Shown one piece after another: positions 29,814 through 40,041 of a stretch of 64,000 bases of DNA. The stretch is taken from assembly GCA_041690135.1 (NCBI GenBank), contig JAWLHY010000001.1, positions 928,001 through 992,000 on the forward strand, read 5' to 3'. The DNA comes from Armatimonadota bacterium. Its GTDB lineage: Bacteria; Armatimonadota; SYMT01. Position numbers and translations under genes: made by a program. Positions within the stretch are counted from its first letter, which is position 1, and each line of letters opens with the position of its first letter. Under the pieces are notes generated by a model. It made no database searches and was not told the DNA's origin. It saw nothing but the letters and a program-made list of their open reading frames with translations.

Positions 29814-30674
29814 TCAGGGCTTGGCGTAGCGGACTTCTCCCTTTGCGTCCCGGAGAATCAGCTTGGGACCGATTTCGTCCACCGAGGAGAGGAAAGCCCC
29901 TACGGCTCCGTTGCGATCATACAGGGATAATCCCGGCCCTTCCTTGAATGCCGCCAGGCCGACCCGAACCTTGTCCGCACCATCATACAGGCCCAGCGCC
30001 GGGCCATCCTTGGTCAACCCTACGACGGCCCGCGCGTTCCCCGCGGCGTCCCACAGGGTAAACCGGGGAGCGTCCCCAATCGCCTCCATCCCGGCGCGCT
30101 GCGTACCATTTCCATCCAGAAGAGAGAGTTCGGGCCCTTCACCGCTCACGCGGAAGGAGGCACGCTGACTCCCGTTGGCATCGTGAAGGGAGAATTCCGG
30201 GCCCTCCTTGCCGACGAAAATGGAACTGCCCATTTTACCGGTGGATGAGTAGAGGCCCACCGCCGGACCGCCCTTGCCCGCACCGAAGGCCATCCGCGTA
30301 TTCCCCTCGGGGTCGGCGAATGTCAGCCGCGACGAAACACCGTCCGCCCTGAGAGATACCTGGCTCTTCTCGTCGGCATTGGCGAGGTAAAACGTGGGGC
30401 CGTCTTTACTGACCTCCAGGCCGGTACGGGCCTTGCCCTCCTCATCGTAGAGACTCAACAGCGGCGCCCCTTCGAACATGGTGAACAGACCCCGCACTTC
30501 CCCCCGCGCGTCGACCAGCTCAAACCGCTCTGCCTGGACAGTCTTGACCTTTTGGACCGCAATGGCCGGCGCCAGGCAGGCGAGGGACAGAACCAGGATC
30601 ATCCCCAGCCGCCACCGGCGGTTCTCTCGCTCCAGTTTCTCCAGCCGGGCCAGTATTTCGCTATCGTTCCGCAT
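29814..30674 (-). CDS. Membrane-anchored protein with about ten 22-aa beta repeats
   Basis: Coiled coil LARLEKLERENRR, TM, then repeats of GP.(L/F).L.D..G..R. Confidence 0.8.
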   Translation of the reverse strand: MRNDSEILARLEKLERENRRWRLGMILVLSLACLAPAIAVQKVKTVQAERFELVDARGEVRGLFTMFEGAPLLSLYDEEGKARTGLEVSKDGPTFYLANADEKSQVSLRADGVSSRLTFADPEGNTRMAFGAGKGGPAVGLYSSTGKMGSSIFVGKEGPEFSLHDANGSQRASFRVSGEGPELSLLDGNGTQRAGMEAIGDAPRFTLWDAAGNARAVVGLTKDGPALGLYDGADKVRVGLAAFKEGPGLSLYDRNGAVGAFLSSVDEIGPKLILRDAKGEVRYAKP

Positions 30675-31002
30675 CGCGTTATTCGCTCCGTTCTTCGGTT
30701 CGGCAACTGCCGCGCACCAAGCGTTTCAATGGCTCACCCGGCCCGCGCCCGCCGCGCCCGGCCGGGGTCACCAACCCGGCTCCGTCGTCAGGAAGCGATG
30801 CGGCCCTTAGGCAACGCTTATCGCTTCCCCCTCGACCCACCACGGGCTTGCAGGAGATTATAACAAGTGTTCGCCTGGCCTGCTCCAATCCCTCCGCAAA
30901 GGTCGGGTCAGCCGCACATTCCTCGGCGATGAACTCCTCCAGGGTCTTCCCGAAAAGGTTCCTGGTTGTCTGGCAGCCAACTAACGACGGAGGACATTGA
31001 GA

Positions 31003-32106
31003 ATGAACCGTCGCCGGATTGCCTGGGCTGTGGTGCCCACCGCACTCGTCTTATTCGCTGCTACCGGTGCGGCCCGCCCCCGCCTGAAAGTCATCAAGCA
31101 GATCCTGACGGCCAACGGCCTCACCGGCGGGGGAACCGGCCCGCAGGTCACCGTGGGGATCGCAGAAGGTGGAGTCACCGGGTCACACGTGCTTGATAAC
31201 TCATTAGGCGTCGAGGACTTCAATTCGGCCGCCCGTACGGCGCTGAAGGGCGATCCTGGACTGCAGGGGCCGGCCGGTCCCTCGGGCCCCCAGGGAGTGA
31301 AGGGAGATACAGGACCCACCGGACCGATGGGGCTGCAAGGCGCGGCAGGTGCAGATGGTCCGATTGGACCGCAAGGACCACGTGGATTCCCGGGCCCAGC
31401 GGGATCTCAGGGGCCGATTGGGCCAGCAGGACCAACCGGGGCACAGGGGCCGGCGGGACCGCAGGGACCGGTGGGCGAAGGCGCGCTGACCCAGGGTCCC
31501 GGAGTAGGTGGACAAGTCGTGGAGTTCGCGCGCTGGGGTACGCCGGCGCCCGGTGGTGGCCTCTTCTATGGCGGGAACTTCAATTCCGGAGGGGGTCTTC
31601 CCGCATCCATTTCAAATCGCCGGGGCCAGTTTTTGTTCATCACCGGTATTGATGAGAACAGTGATGGGGAGTGGAACGGGAGCGTAGATTCGGTAGGCTT
31701 GTTTCTGGCTGATCCGTCGAGCATCAACATCATAGCCAAAAGCAAAATGACACTTCCCGGAGGCGGAGTACTGCTGAAGTTTCTCCATGGACAAGAGAAC
31801 GGATACGGTCCCTTCAAGCTGGGGCAAGAGCTTTTCCTGACCGACGCAGGCGCCATCTACTTCGTGGCTGGAGTTGGTCCGAATCCTACGAGTTCGCCCC
31901 AGCGGCACTGCCTCTATGGCTGGCTGAACGGAGAGCTCTTTGCGGTGAGTGGATGGGATGCAACTACGGCCGATGGTCTGCCGATCGTGCAAGTTATGGA
32001 TGTGCATCTTCTATCCCCGAACCGCCTGGTATATCGGGGTCTGGTTGATGCCTCGAGTTTAGGTAAGGGCGACCAGATCTGCAACTTCGCGTATGCGACG
32101 CCGTAA
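31003..32106 (+). CDS. Secreted collagen-like protein
   Basis: GGAGG RBS, signal peptide, 26 uninterrupted Gly-X-Y triplets (31249-31482), C-terminal globular domain. Confidence 0.85.
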   Translation: MNRRRIAWAVVPTALVLFAATGAARPRLKVIKQILTANGLTGGGTGPQVTVGIAEGGVTGSHVLDNSLGVEDFNSAARTALKGDPGLQGPAGPSGPQGVKGDTGPTGPMGLQGAAGADGPIGPQGPRGFPGPAGSQGPIGPAGPTGAQGPAGPQGPVGEGALTQGPGVGGQVVEFARWGTPAPGGGLFYGGNFNSGGGLPASISNRRGQFLFITGIDENSDGEWNGSVDSVGLFLADPSSINIIAKSKMTLPGGGVLLKFLHGQENGYGPFKLGQELFLTDAGAIYFVAGVGPNPTSSPQRHCLYGWLNGELFAVSGWDATTADGLPIVQVMDVHLLSPNRLVYRGLVDASSLGKGDQICNFAYATP

Positions 32107-32207
32107 GTTGCGCGCCAGTGCCGTGCCGGCGGAATCTGATGACGAGCGCCCCCGAACTCCGGATAACCTCACTCGCGAGATTCCTAAGCTGGTCCGACGG
32201 GCTTTTT

Positions 32208-32269
32208 GTAAATGCTAGATAGGAAGGCCCGCCGGATACGTCCGGCGGGCCTTCCTATCTAGCATTTAC
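32208..32269. repeat. Perfect 29-bp inverted repeat (probable bidirectional terminator)
   Basis: gtaaatgctagataggaaggcccgccgga-tacg-tccggcgggccttcctatctagcatttac between the convergent collagen gene and tRNA. Confidence 0.85.
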
Positions 32270-32283
32270 GCACGATTTCAAGA

Positions 32284-32355
32284 TGGGCGGTGAGGGACTT
32301 GAACCCCCGACAGCCTGTGTGTAAGACAGGTGCTCTACCACTGAGCTAACCGCCC
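32284..32355 (-). tRNA. tRNA-Val (anticodon TAC), CCA not encoded
   Basis: GGGCGGTTAGCTCAGTGGTAGAGCA CCTGT-CTTACAC-ACAGG CTGTCGGGGGTTCAAGTCCCTCACCGCCCA forms a cloverleaf. Confidence 0.97.
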
Positions 32356-32394
32356 CTGCACCGCAAGTATACCACGAGCGCACCGCCATGGATA

Positions 32395-33861
32395 GTGCGG
32401 ATCGTTCCAGGCCAGGACACTACAGGTCCCAACGCGTTTGGTGCGCAGGACGTTACTGTCGGCCCCGCTAACTCGTCATTTCCACCAGGGGCGACGGACC
32501 TCCATAGAATCTGGAAGGCAGGGCATGCAGGCACAAGGAACCAGGGGAAACGGCGGCGCTGGCTTGTGCCCACGGTGACCCTGCTTTCGGTTGGGATCCT
32601 CTGTGCGGTTGCGGTCCTGATGCGCCAGCCTTGGCGGCAGGTATGGGTCTTCCCTAGCGGTCGGGTTCTCGGTCTGGAAGGAGTGACCTTCACACACGGG
32701 CACCAGCATCAACGGGCTGTGGGGCAGTGGTGGCAGAAGGCGCTGGGGCCGCTCCTCCCGCCGGAACTGCGACCACGCGAGATCACCGTCGGCGCGCCCA
32801 GCGGACCTAATCGATCCAGCCTCATCTTCTGGTTTTCCATACAGAAGGAGGCGCGCCCGTTGCCCCGAAGTGCGCAGGCCGCGCAACTCCGGCTTGCTAG
32901 CGAACCCTATCCCTGTGCCGAAGCGACGGATGAGACCGGAGATACCGTGGGGCCACAGAGTGGCGCCAGGCTCAACGCCTTGCGACAGGAAGGGGCCTAC
33001 ATCATTCCCGTTGAGGTGTTTCCTCGACGGGGTCGGGAGGTGAGACTGCGGTTCAATCGTCGAGACCGGAACTTGCCGGCCGTAGAATTTCGAATTCCCA
33101 ACCCGGTGCCTGATCCGTATCCGGTCTGGAGACCGGAGGCTTTCCCCATCCACCGAAGGACGGACGACTTCAGCTGTACCCTTACGAGCCTGGTCACAGG
33201 CCTGGGGGACATCGAGTCCAACGAGCGGGCCGTACCAGGAGTCCCCCCGCTCACCCGGGCAACTTTCCGAATGCGACGCGGGACCCTTGCGACCCGTGAG
33301 TGGGAGCCGGTGGGCGTGACTCTCTCCGATGCCACGGGTAATGTGCTGTCTTTCGAAGATGAGGCTCTCATCCGCCGAGGTAACGAGCAGAGTCTTTACT
33401 TCCGGGGCGCATTATCTCTTCGGGAGGCGGCCTGGAAGTTGCGGGTAGAGCTCTCTCGAACGGCGACCGCATCCTTCTCTCCGGAGGAGTCCTGGACGGT
33501 GCGCGGTGTTGCCGTACCCGCCGCGCGACAATCCACGCCTTCCGGCGAGGTCGTCACCCGCAAAGGCGTGCGGGTCCGCTTCCTGGAGTTGGCCGGCACG
33601 GACCGGGCCTGGTACAAGCCGCGCGTCCGCTTGACGGTGGAGGGCCGGATGGACGACCTCCGGCTCACCGTCCGCGCCCGCGACCAGAAGGGTCGGGTCT
33701 ACGCGGGGTACGGAACCTCGACCCATGGTCGCCAGCAACTCCGGAAGACGCGGTGCGACTACTTCCTCAACCTGCCGCCCGATGCCCGCGTGCTCGATCT
33801 CACCTTCGCCGTTCACCGCAGCCGCTACGTCGAATTCCTCGCCCGCCCCACCCCTCCGTAG
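32395..33861 (+). CDS. Hypothetical membrane-anchored protein (start uncertain)
   Basis: Long ORF with one N-terminal TM and a beta-rich body. Confidence 0.65.
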   Translation: MRIVPGQDTTGPNAFGAQDVTVGPANSSFPPGATDLHRIWKAGHAGTRNQGKRRRWLVPTVTLLSVGILCAVAVLMRQPWRQVWVFPSGRVLGLEGVTFTHGHQHQRAVGQWWQKALGPLLPPELRPREITVGAPSGPNRSSLIFWFSIQKEARPLPRSAQAAQLRLASEPYPCAEATDETGDTVGPQSGARLNALRQEGAYIIPVEVFPRRGREVRLRFNRRDRNLPAVEFRIPNPVPDPYPVWRPEAFPIHRRTDDFSCTLTSLVTGLGDIESNERAVPGVPPLTRATFRMRRGTLATREWEPVGVTLSDATGNVLSFEDEALIRRGNEQSLYFRGALSLREAAWKLRVELSRTATASFSPEESWTVRGVAVPAARQSTPSGEVVTRKGVRVRFLELAGTDRAWYKPRVRLTVEGRMDDLRLTVRARDQKGRVYAGYGTSTHGRQQLRKTRCDYFLNLPPDARVLDLTFAVHRSRYVEFLARPTPP

Positions 33862-33950
33862 CAGCTTGCCCTGCGTTAGACACTTCGCTGTCTGCCGAAG
33901 CTGCGAGTGGAAGTTCTCCCGAACGGGCGCCCGTCATCTCCTTTGCGGCC

Positions 33951-33981
33951 CTCTCCGCGTCCTCTGCGTCTCTGCGGTGAG
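33951..33981. repeat. Short intergenic tandem repeat (ctctgcgt-type)
   Basis: ctctccgcgtcctctgcgtctctgcggtgag between convergent genes. Confidence 0.55.
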
Positions 33982-33992
33982 TCGGTCCGGAA

Positions 33993-34700
33993 TCACAGGT
34001 GTGTTTGCCGGGGGAGGGTGGGTTCCGGCAGCACGTCGCCGCGGTGGGCGAGATGACCGGCTTCGGCGACGGGGCGCACGGGTGGGTGCTCGGCCAGGCG
34101 GCGCAATCGTTTGGGGGCACAATGGCGCCAGCGGATGCGGAACCGCTCTCCAATTAGCTTGAACCCGAGCCAACTCCACCAGTTGGGAAACTGGCCCAGC
34201 CGCCAGCGTGCCTGGAGGGTGAACCGTACGTCTCCGGTCTCATGGTCTTTGGTCAGTAGGAACCATTCCATCCCCTGCTCGATGTGACCATCCAGGGTGT
34301 CATAGCGATAGCCGAAGACCGTCCCCTCGGCACAGGTCTCCTCCCGCACGGCCGTTACGCGTGCCCCGCACAGGTAGCGGAGGCCGAACACCTTGATCTC
34401 CAGCAGGATGTTCCGCTGTCCCAGCGGCACGTTCGGGTCGAAGTGGCCTTCCACGATGCGGGGGTCGGAGAAGTCGTAGTTCACCAGGCCGAGCCGGGCT
34501 CGCTCGAACAGGCCGTCCGGCACCGGAGGGCCGGGCGGCTCGCGGCCGAGGACCTCCTCGATGCCGTCCACCGTCCAGCCGTTTTCCGGGATCATCGCCG
34601 CGGGATCCGCGTCGAAGCTGATCTCCTTACCGGCGAGACCCGCCAGCGTCCGCTTCAGGAATGTCTCCGACCAGCCCTGCCCGTACCGCCACACCGCCAT
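33993..34700 (-). CDS. DUF1990-like protein
   Basis: FERAR..L.NYDF, FGYRYDTLDGHIEQGMEWF. Confidence 0.7.
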   Translation of the reverse strand: MAVWRYGQGWSETFLKRTLAGLAGKEISFDADPAAMIPENGWTVDGIEEVLGREPPGPPVPDGLFERARLGLVNYDFSDPRIVEGHFDPNVPLGQRNILLEIKVFGLRYLCGARVTAVREETCAEGTVFGYRYDTLDGHIEQGMEWFLLTKDHETGDVRFTLQARWRLGQFPNWWSWLGFKLIGERFRIRWRHCAPKRLRRLAEHPPVRPVAEAGHLAHRGDVLPEPTLPRQTHL

Positions 34701-34778
34701 CGTCCGCTCTTGCCTCCCGTCCGTTCCACCAACCGGCCCGTATTACCCGCGGCTGCCACCGATGGAACCCCGAACCGA

Positions 34779-35504
34779 TCAGACCTCGCGCACTACCCAG
34801 ACATTGCGGAAGCGCACCCGATTGCCATGGTCTTGCAGCAGCAGGGGGCCGGGCTTGGTGAAGTCGCCCGGGAGGCCGGAGGTGGTGACCTTGGCTTCGA
34901 AGGCCTGGTTCTGGTGGATGAGGTAGCCGTTCAGGTAAACGGTGACGCTGCCCTTCTGCGTGGTCGTCTTCCCGTCCGGGCCGACTTTCGGCGCGCGGAA
35001 GAAGATGTCGTACGACTGCCACTGCTCCGGTCGCTTGCAGGCGTTCCCCATCGGAGCGTTGATGCTGTAGAGGCCGCCGCAGTCACTCATGGTCGGGTTG
35101 GCCAGGCCATGGGAGTCGAGGACCTGCAGTTCGTAGCGCCCCTGGATGTACACCCCGCTGTTGGAGCGGGTCTGGCCCCGGGCTTCCGGCATGTGGGGCA
35201 GCCAGAACTCCACGTGGGTCCAGGAGTCGCCGAAGCCCTCCCGGGAGATGATGTCGCCGTTGCCCGGCGCCACCTCCATATAGCCGTTCTCTACCTTCCA
35301 CCCGGCCGGCTTGCCGTCTTTGCGATTGACCCATCGGGAAAGGTCTTTCCCGTCGAACAGCACCACGGCCCCTGTCGGCGCGGGGCTCATCGGCATGTCT
35401 TCGTTATCCGCCAGTTGCGACCAGGCCGGCCGGCCGGATACCAGGGCCGTCAGCGCCGGGCCGCACAAGGCCGCGCTCGCGGCCAGGAAGTCGCGTCGCT
35501 TCAT
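34779..35504 (-). CDS. Tat-exported DUF1080 (3-keto-disaccharide hydrolase-like) protein
   Basis: MKRRDFL, LFDGKDL, NSGVYIQGRYELQVLDS, WQSYDI, LQDHGNRVRFRNVW. Confidence 0.9.
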   Translation of the reverse strand: MKRRDFLAASAALCGPALTALVSGRPAWSQLADNEDMPMSPAPTGAVVLFDGKDLSRWVNRKDGKPAGWKVENGYMEVAPGNGDIISREGFGDSWTHVEFWLPHMPEARGQTRSNSGVYIQGRYELQVLDSHGLANPTMSDCGGLYSINAPMGNACKRPEQWQSYDIFFRAPKVGPDGKTTTQKGSVTVYLNGYLIHQNQAFEAKVTTSGLPGDFTKPGPLLLQDHGNRVRFRNVWVVREV

Positions 35505-35770
35505 TCTCAATCACTCCCCGGCGGGCTACACCGCCCACCCTCTCACTCGGTTGAGGAGTCGTTCACCGCGATCGTCTCAGATTCCGCCTCGGTGTTGGAA
35601 TGGGGCCCCGCAGGAGGTGGATGAAGACACATTTTCCGTCCCCTGGGGTTCGCCCCCACGGCGCATGGGTAACTGTCGCTCGTCAACGGTGGGGCGCTCT
35701 CCATCGGGAGAGAGCGCCCTGGGACCGGCAGTCGGCCCGGGGATTTGAGCGTGCTCGAGTGGGAGCGGAG

Positions 35771-37117
35771 ATGGAGCAGAACACGGCACAGCCGAACCGT
35801 CATCTATCCGTAGCCGATGCGGTCGCCATGATCGTGGGTGTAGTGGTGGGGGCCGGGATTTTCCGCACTCCCTCGCTGGTGGCGGCCAATGCGGGGAGCG
35901 AGTGGGCCGTCCTTCTATTCTGGGCCGCCGGCGGCGGGATCTCCCTGGTAGGGGCGCTTTGCTATGCCGAACTGGCCTCCGCCTATCCGCATGCCGGCGG
36001 GGACTACCACTACCTGCGCCGGGCGTTCGGGGGCGGCCTGTCGTTCCTGTTCGCCTGGGCGCGCGTGGCGGTGATCCAGACCGGCGCCATTGCCATGCAG
36101 GCCTTCCTCATCGGCGACTACGCCTCGCAGGTCTTCCCATTGGGGGAGTACTCGGCGGCCTGGTATGCCGCCGTGGTCGTGGTGGCGCTCACCGGCGCCA
36201 ACGTGGTGGGTCTCCGTGCCGGTCCGTGGATGCAGAACCTGCTCTCCGGATTGATCCTCTTCGGCCTGGCGGGGATCTGCTTCGTGGGTTTGCTCTGGCA
36301 GCCCGCGCCGCCGGAGGCGCCGTCGGCCGGCACCGTGAGGCCGGAATTTACCGCCGGCATGGCGATGATCTTCGTGCTGCTGACTTACGGCGGCTGGAAC
36401 GAGGCCGCCTACCTCTCCGCCGAGATTCGCGGCCAGCGGGCTGCCATTGCCCGCGCCCTTTTCTGGAGCATCGGCATCATCACTGCCGTCTACCTGCTCA
36501 CCAACCTCGCTTTCCTGCGCGTGCTGGGAGTGGGGGCGATGTCCGGCTCGGAGGCCGTGGCGGCGGATGCCATGCGACGCATTGCCGGCGAAGAGGGGGC
36601 TCGCGCCGTCAGCCTGCTGATCGTGGTGGCTGCGTTGAGCACCATCAACGCGACGATCTTCACCGGAGCCCGCACCAACGTCGCTTTTGGCCAGGACTTC
36701 CCTACCTTGCGTGCGCTGGGCACCTGGCACACCCGCGCCAGTACTCCAGCCAATGCGTTGTGGGCGCAGGGGGCCGTGACTCTGGTGTTAATCTTCCTCG
36801 GCGCCTTCACCCGCGACGGGTTCGCCACGATGGTGGAGTACACCGCGCCGGTTTTCTGGTTTTTCCTCTTGATGGCGGGGGTCTCGCTGTTCGTCCTCCG
36901 CCGTCGAGACCCGCACACGCCTCGTCCCTTTTCGGTGCCGGGGTACCCGTTCACACCCGTGCTGTTTTGCCTGGTGTGTTTCTACATGCTCCGCGCCAGC
37001 ATCGCCTACACCGGGGTCGGCGCCCTGGTGGGGGTGCTCGTGCTGCTGCTGGGCATACCGCTCTACCTGGCGGCTCGCACTACCGCGCCCGTGCGGCGCC
37101 GGGCCGCGGGGAGTTAA
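35771..37117 (+). CDS. APC-family amino acid permease
   Basis: VVGAGIF, GALCYAELASAYPHAGGDY, TYGGWNE, RPFSVPGYP; about 12 TMs. Confidence 0.93.
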   Translation: MEQNTAQPNRHLSVADAVAMIVGVVVGAGIFRTPSLVAANAGSEWAVLLFWAAGGGISLVGALCYAELASAYPHAGGDYHYLRRAFGGGLSFLFAWARVAVIQTGAIAMQAFLIGDYASQVFPLGEYSAAWYAAVVVVALTGANVVGLRAGPWMQNLLSGLILFGLAGICFVGLLWQPAPPEAPSAGTVRPEFTAGMAMIFVLLTYGGWNEAAYLSAEIRGQRAAIARALFWSIGIITAVYLLTNLAFLRVLGVGAMSGSEAVAADAMRRIAGEEGARAVSLLIVVAALSTINATIFTGARTNVAFGQDFPTLRALGTWHTRASTPANALWAQGAVTLVLIFLGAFTRDGFATMVEYTAPVFWFFLLMAGVSLFVLRRRDPHTPRPFSVPGYPFTPVLFCLVCFYMLRASIAYTGVGALVGVLVLLLGIPLYLAARTTAPVRRRAAGS

Positions 37118-37143
37118 CCGTTCATAGCATAAGGACCTATCTG

Positions 37144-38019
37144 ATGAATATTCGACATCCATTCATTCCGCTGCTCGCGTTGTTCGGATTGGCGACGGCA
37201 TCTTGCTCCCCGAGTGCCGGGATCGGGCGCCAGGCTACCGTGCTCGCGGAGGACGCGCAGGCCGCCGTCCGCCGGGACGTGCCCTACGTTCCCACACACC
37301 AGAGTGTCGTCAACCGGATGCTGCAGATGGGCCAGGTCGGTGAGGGGGATCTACTCTACGATCTGGGTTGCGGCGACGGCCGCATCGTGATAACGGCCGC
37401 CCGAGACTACGGCGCTCGTGGGGTGGGCGTGGATATCGATCCCCGCCGCATTCGGGAAAGCAACGCCAACGCTCGGGAGGCCGGGGTGACCGATCGGGTG
37501 AGATTCTACCAGCGGGACCTTTTCCAGGTGGACCTCCAGGACGCCGACGTGGTCACGCTCTACCTCCTCCCTTCCGTGAACCTGCGGCTGCGCCCGAAGC
37601 TCCTCAACGAGCTGCGGCCCGGCACGCGCGTGGTCTCGCACGACTTCCACATGGAAGACTGGGAGCCGGACCAGTCGGTGGAGGTGAAGTCCCCCACCCG
37701 GACCCACAACCTTTACATGTGGATTATTCCCGCCGACGCAGAAGGCGCCTGGCAGGGCCGGAACGGTGCGGGATTGCAACTGGATCAGAACTTCCAGAAG
37801 GTGGAAGGCCGCGTCCGGATCAACGGCCGGGAGATTCCCATCTCGGAAGGCGAACTGGAAGGTCGCACGCTGCGGTTTACGGCCGTGCCCGGTGCGAGCG
37901 GAACGCCGGAGATGCTGCGCTTTGAGGGGGTAGTGAACGGCAGCGAAATCCGGGGTACGCTCCACCGCCAGGGCGGCGCGAACCCCGGTACGCAGGAGTG
38001 GGTGCTCCGCAAAGGGTAG
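37144..38019 (+). CDS. Class I SAM methyltransferase with lipoprotein signal and C-terminal beta domain
   Basis: LATASC lipobox, DVPYVPT, YDLGCGDGRI, VVTLYLLP, GTRVVSHDF. Confidence 0.88.
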   Translation: MNIRHPFIPLLALFGLATASCSPSAGIGRQATVLAEDAQAAVRRDVPYVPTHQSVVNRMLQMGQVGEGDLLYDLGCGDGRIVITAARDYGARGVGVDIDPRRIRESNANAREAGVTDRVRFYQRDLFQVDLQDADVVTLYLLPSVNLRLRPKLLNELRPGTRVVSHDFHMEDWEPDQSVEVKSPTRTHNLYMWIIPADAEGAWQGRNGAGLQLDQNFQKVEGRVRINGREIPISEGELEGRTLRFTAVPGASGTPEMLRFEGVVNGSEIRGTLHRQGGANPGTQEWVLRKG

Positions 38020-38084
38020 CCACTGATCCGCGGCTTGAACCCACGTTGCAGCCGGACGACTTTCGTCACGTCCGGCTGCAACGT

Positions 38085-39122
38085 TCACCGGTGCGGTCGC
38101 GCGTGCGGCGGCGGCGCGTACCCTACACGCCCGATGAGGGGAACCCGCAGCACCGGCCGGGAGAGCGAATCGCTCCGGAGGATCAACGTCTCGTAGTAGA
38201 ACCGCTTGTCTTCCGGAGTAAAGGAGACCTCGATCGCGACCGATTCGCCGGGGCCGAGCGACGGCGGAGCGCCGCTTGCGGAAACCGCGAAGGGTGACGG
38301 CGGCGTCTCCGCGGTGAGGGTGACGGTGTTGCCACGTGTGTTCGTCACGGTCAAGATGCGGGTCTGCGTTTCCCCCACCCGCGCCTGGTAGAACTCCAGC
38401 ACGGGTGGTTCGACATGGAACTGCCGGGGATAGCTGGTCACGTCGAGACTTAGGGCTCCGACGGTCTGCTTTTCTCCGTTGAAGATAGCCTCCTGGAGGT
38501 AGCCGTCGCCGTTCGCCACCAGGTCCAGCGCGGCTTCCCGACCGCCAAACGAGAGGACCAGGCCGTTGTAGCCTCGCAGTCGCTTGGGGCTGGGAACTTC
38601 CAGGTTCTCCAGCGGGATCGGGGCGGAGGCGGGGTATTCGCCGCGGGTCGCCCGCCCGCGGATATGAACGGTCAACTGGGTGGCGTTCCAGCGCAGCGCC
38701 ACCACCAGCGTCTCCACCCCCACCTTCTCCTTATCGCGGGTCTGGAACACGAACCGGGCGGCGCGTCGCCCGCGGCGATAGCGACGGTCTTCCCCCAACC
38801 GGGCCTGAAAACAGGCGCCCACGCGCGGATCATCCCCAAAGCAAAGGAAGAACTCCGTGCGGCGGTCGAACTCGCGGATATCCACGCCGGCCAGCGGCAC
38901 CACCACCTTGCCGGCGATGGACCCCGTCCAGCGGCTCTCCCCCAGCAGGATCCCGGTCTCACGTTCGATCCGCTCGTGGATCCGGCCGTCGAGCTGCTGC
39001 GTGAAGCGTGCATACGGCTCGAAAGAACCGGCCGACGCGGGCTGCAACGCCTCCGGCAGAAGGAGGGAGGCCCACAGGCACCCCGCGGATATCAGAAACT
39101 GTCGACGCGCTACCACCAGCAA
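38085..39122 (-). CDS. Exported hypothetical protein with C-terminal Ig-like (ASPM-SPD2-Hydin-like) domain
   Basis: ARRQFL Tat-like leader; VGETQTRILTVTN..PF..LGPGESVAIEVSFTP..L..VPLIG. Confidence 0.65.
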   Translation of the reverse strand: MLVVARRQFLISAGCLWASLLLPEALQPASAGSFEPYARFTQQLDGRIHERIERETGILLGESRWTGSIAGKVVVPLAGVDIREFDRRTEFFLCFGDDPRVGACFQARLGEDRRYRRGRRAARFVFQTRDKEKVGVETLVVALRWNATQLTVHIRGRATRGEYPASAPIPLENLEVPSPKRLRGYNGLVLSFGGREAALDLVANGDGYLQEAIFNGEKQTVGALSLDVTSYPRQFHVEPPVLEFYQARVGETQTRILTVTNTRGNTVTLTAETPPSPFAVSASGAPPSLGPGESVAIEVSFTPEDKRFYYETLILRSDSLSRPVLRVPLIGRVGYAPPPHARPHR

Positions 39123-39278
39123 AACCCCTCCCGCCCGGAGAACAGCCGACCGGACGGTATCTCATTCCGCCACTACTCCCGCTAAGCCCTCCATTCCTTC
39201 AGACCCTGTTTGGCAGGAGGTCGGTCGAACTCCCCTCCCGTATCATGAGCATGGTGGCCGCGAAACCGTGAAAGGGAA

Positions 39279-39968
39279 ATGCGCATGCTGCGAGAGATAG
39301 CTCCCGGAGAGGTGTGGGCAGCCGACATGCCGGTCTCCAAGGGCGGGTTCGACTTTGGCGCCCGGATGACGGTCGTCCGTCTCCCCCAGGGTGAGTTGTG
39401 GGTCCACTCCCCCATCGCCCTCGATCCGAACCTCAAGACCGCGCTCGCGGTGCTGGGTCCCGTACGCCACATCGTGGCGCCGGGTCGCTTCCACTACGAA
39501 CACCTGGCGGAGTTCGCCCAGGCCTACCCAGAGGCGCGCCTGTATTGCTCCCCCGGCCTCGCCGGTAAGCTAAAGGTCGAGCGTCCCCCGAAGGTCCTGA
39601 CCTCCCATCCCGAGCCGGACTGGCAGGGCGTGCTCGACCAGTCGCCCTTCCGCGGCAGTCCGCTCTATGAGGAGGTCGATTTCTTCCACCCCGCCACCGG
39701 CACCCTCATCGTCACCGACCTGCTCTTCAACATCCCTCAGGAAAAGGCCAGGCCCTCGACGCGTTTCTGGTCGACCGTCTGGGGGATCACCGGCGGTGTT
39801 AGCCCGTCCCGGAGCTTCCGATTCTTCGCCTGGGACCGGCAGGCCGTCCGCGAGTCGATCGAACGGATCGACACCTGGGAGTTCGACCGGATCATCCTCT
39901 CCCACGGTGAGATCGTCGAACGGGATGCGAAGAACGCGTTCGAGAAGGCCTTCGCTGCATTTCTCTAG
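39279..39968 (+). CDS. DUF4336-family protein
   Basis: RMTVVRL..LWVHSP, IVAP..FH, EVDFFH..TLIVTDL, WEFDRIILSHG. Confidence 0.8.
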   Translation: MRMLREIAPGEVWAADMPVSKGGFDFGARMTVVRLPQGELWVHSPIALDPNLKTALAVLGPVRHIVAPGRFHYEHLAEFAQAYPEARLYCSPGLAGKLKVERPPKVLTSHPEPDWQGVLDQSPFRGSPLYEEVDFFHPATGTLIVTDLLFNIPQEKARPSTRFWSTVWGITGGVSPSRSFRFFAWDRQAVRESIERIDTWEFDRIILSHGEIVERDAKNAFEKAFAAFL

Positions 39969-40041
39969 CGGAATGAAGAACGAACATCTGGGGCTGCTTC
40001 TGCAACCAACTGCCTGAACAGCGAGTCTAGTAGGCAGGGGG

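Noticed and set aside
29800-32360. Prophage or integrative island at tRNA-Val
   Set aside because: No integrase, no phage genes, and no duplicate of the tRNA 3' end seen in the window.
35902-37143. N-terminal 414 aa of the 705-aa ORF as a fusion
   Set aside because: Off-frame overlap with the permease and Arg/Gly-rich nonsense; the real methyltransferase starts at ATG 37144.
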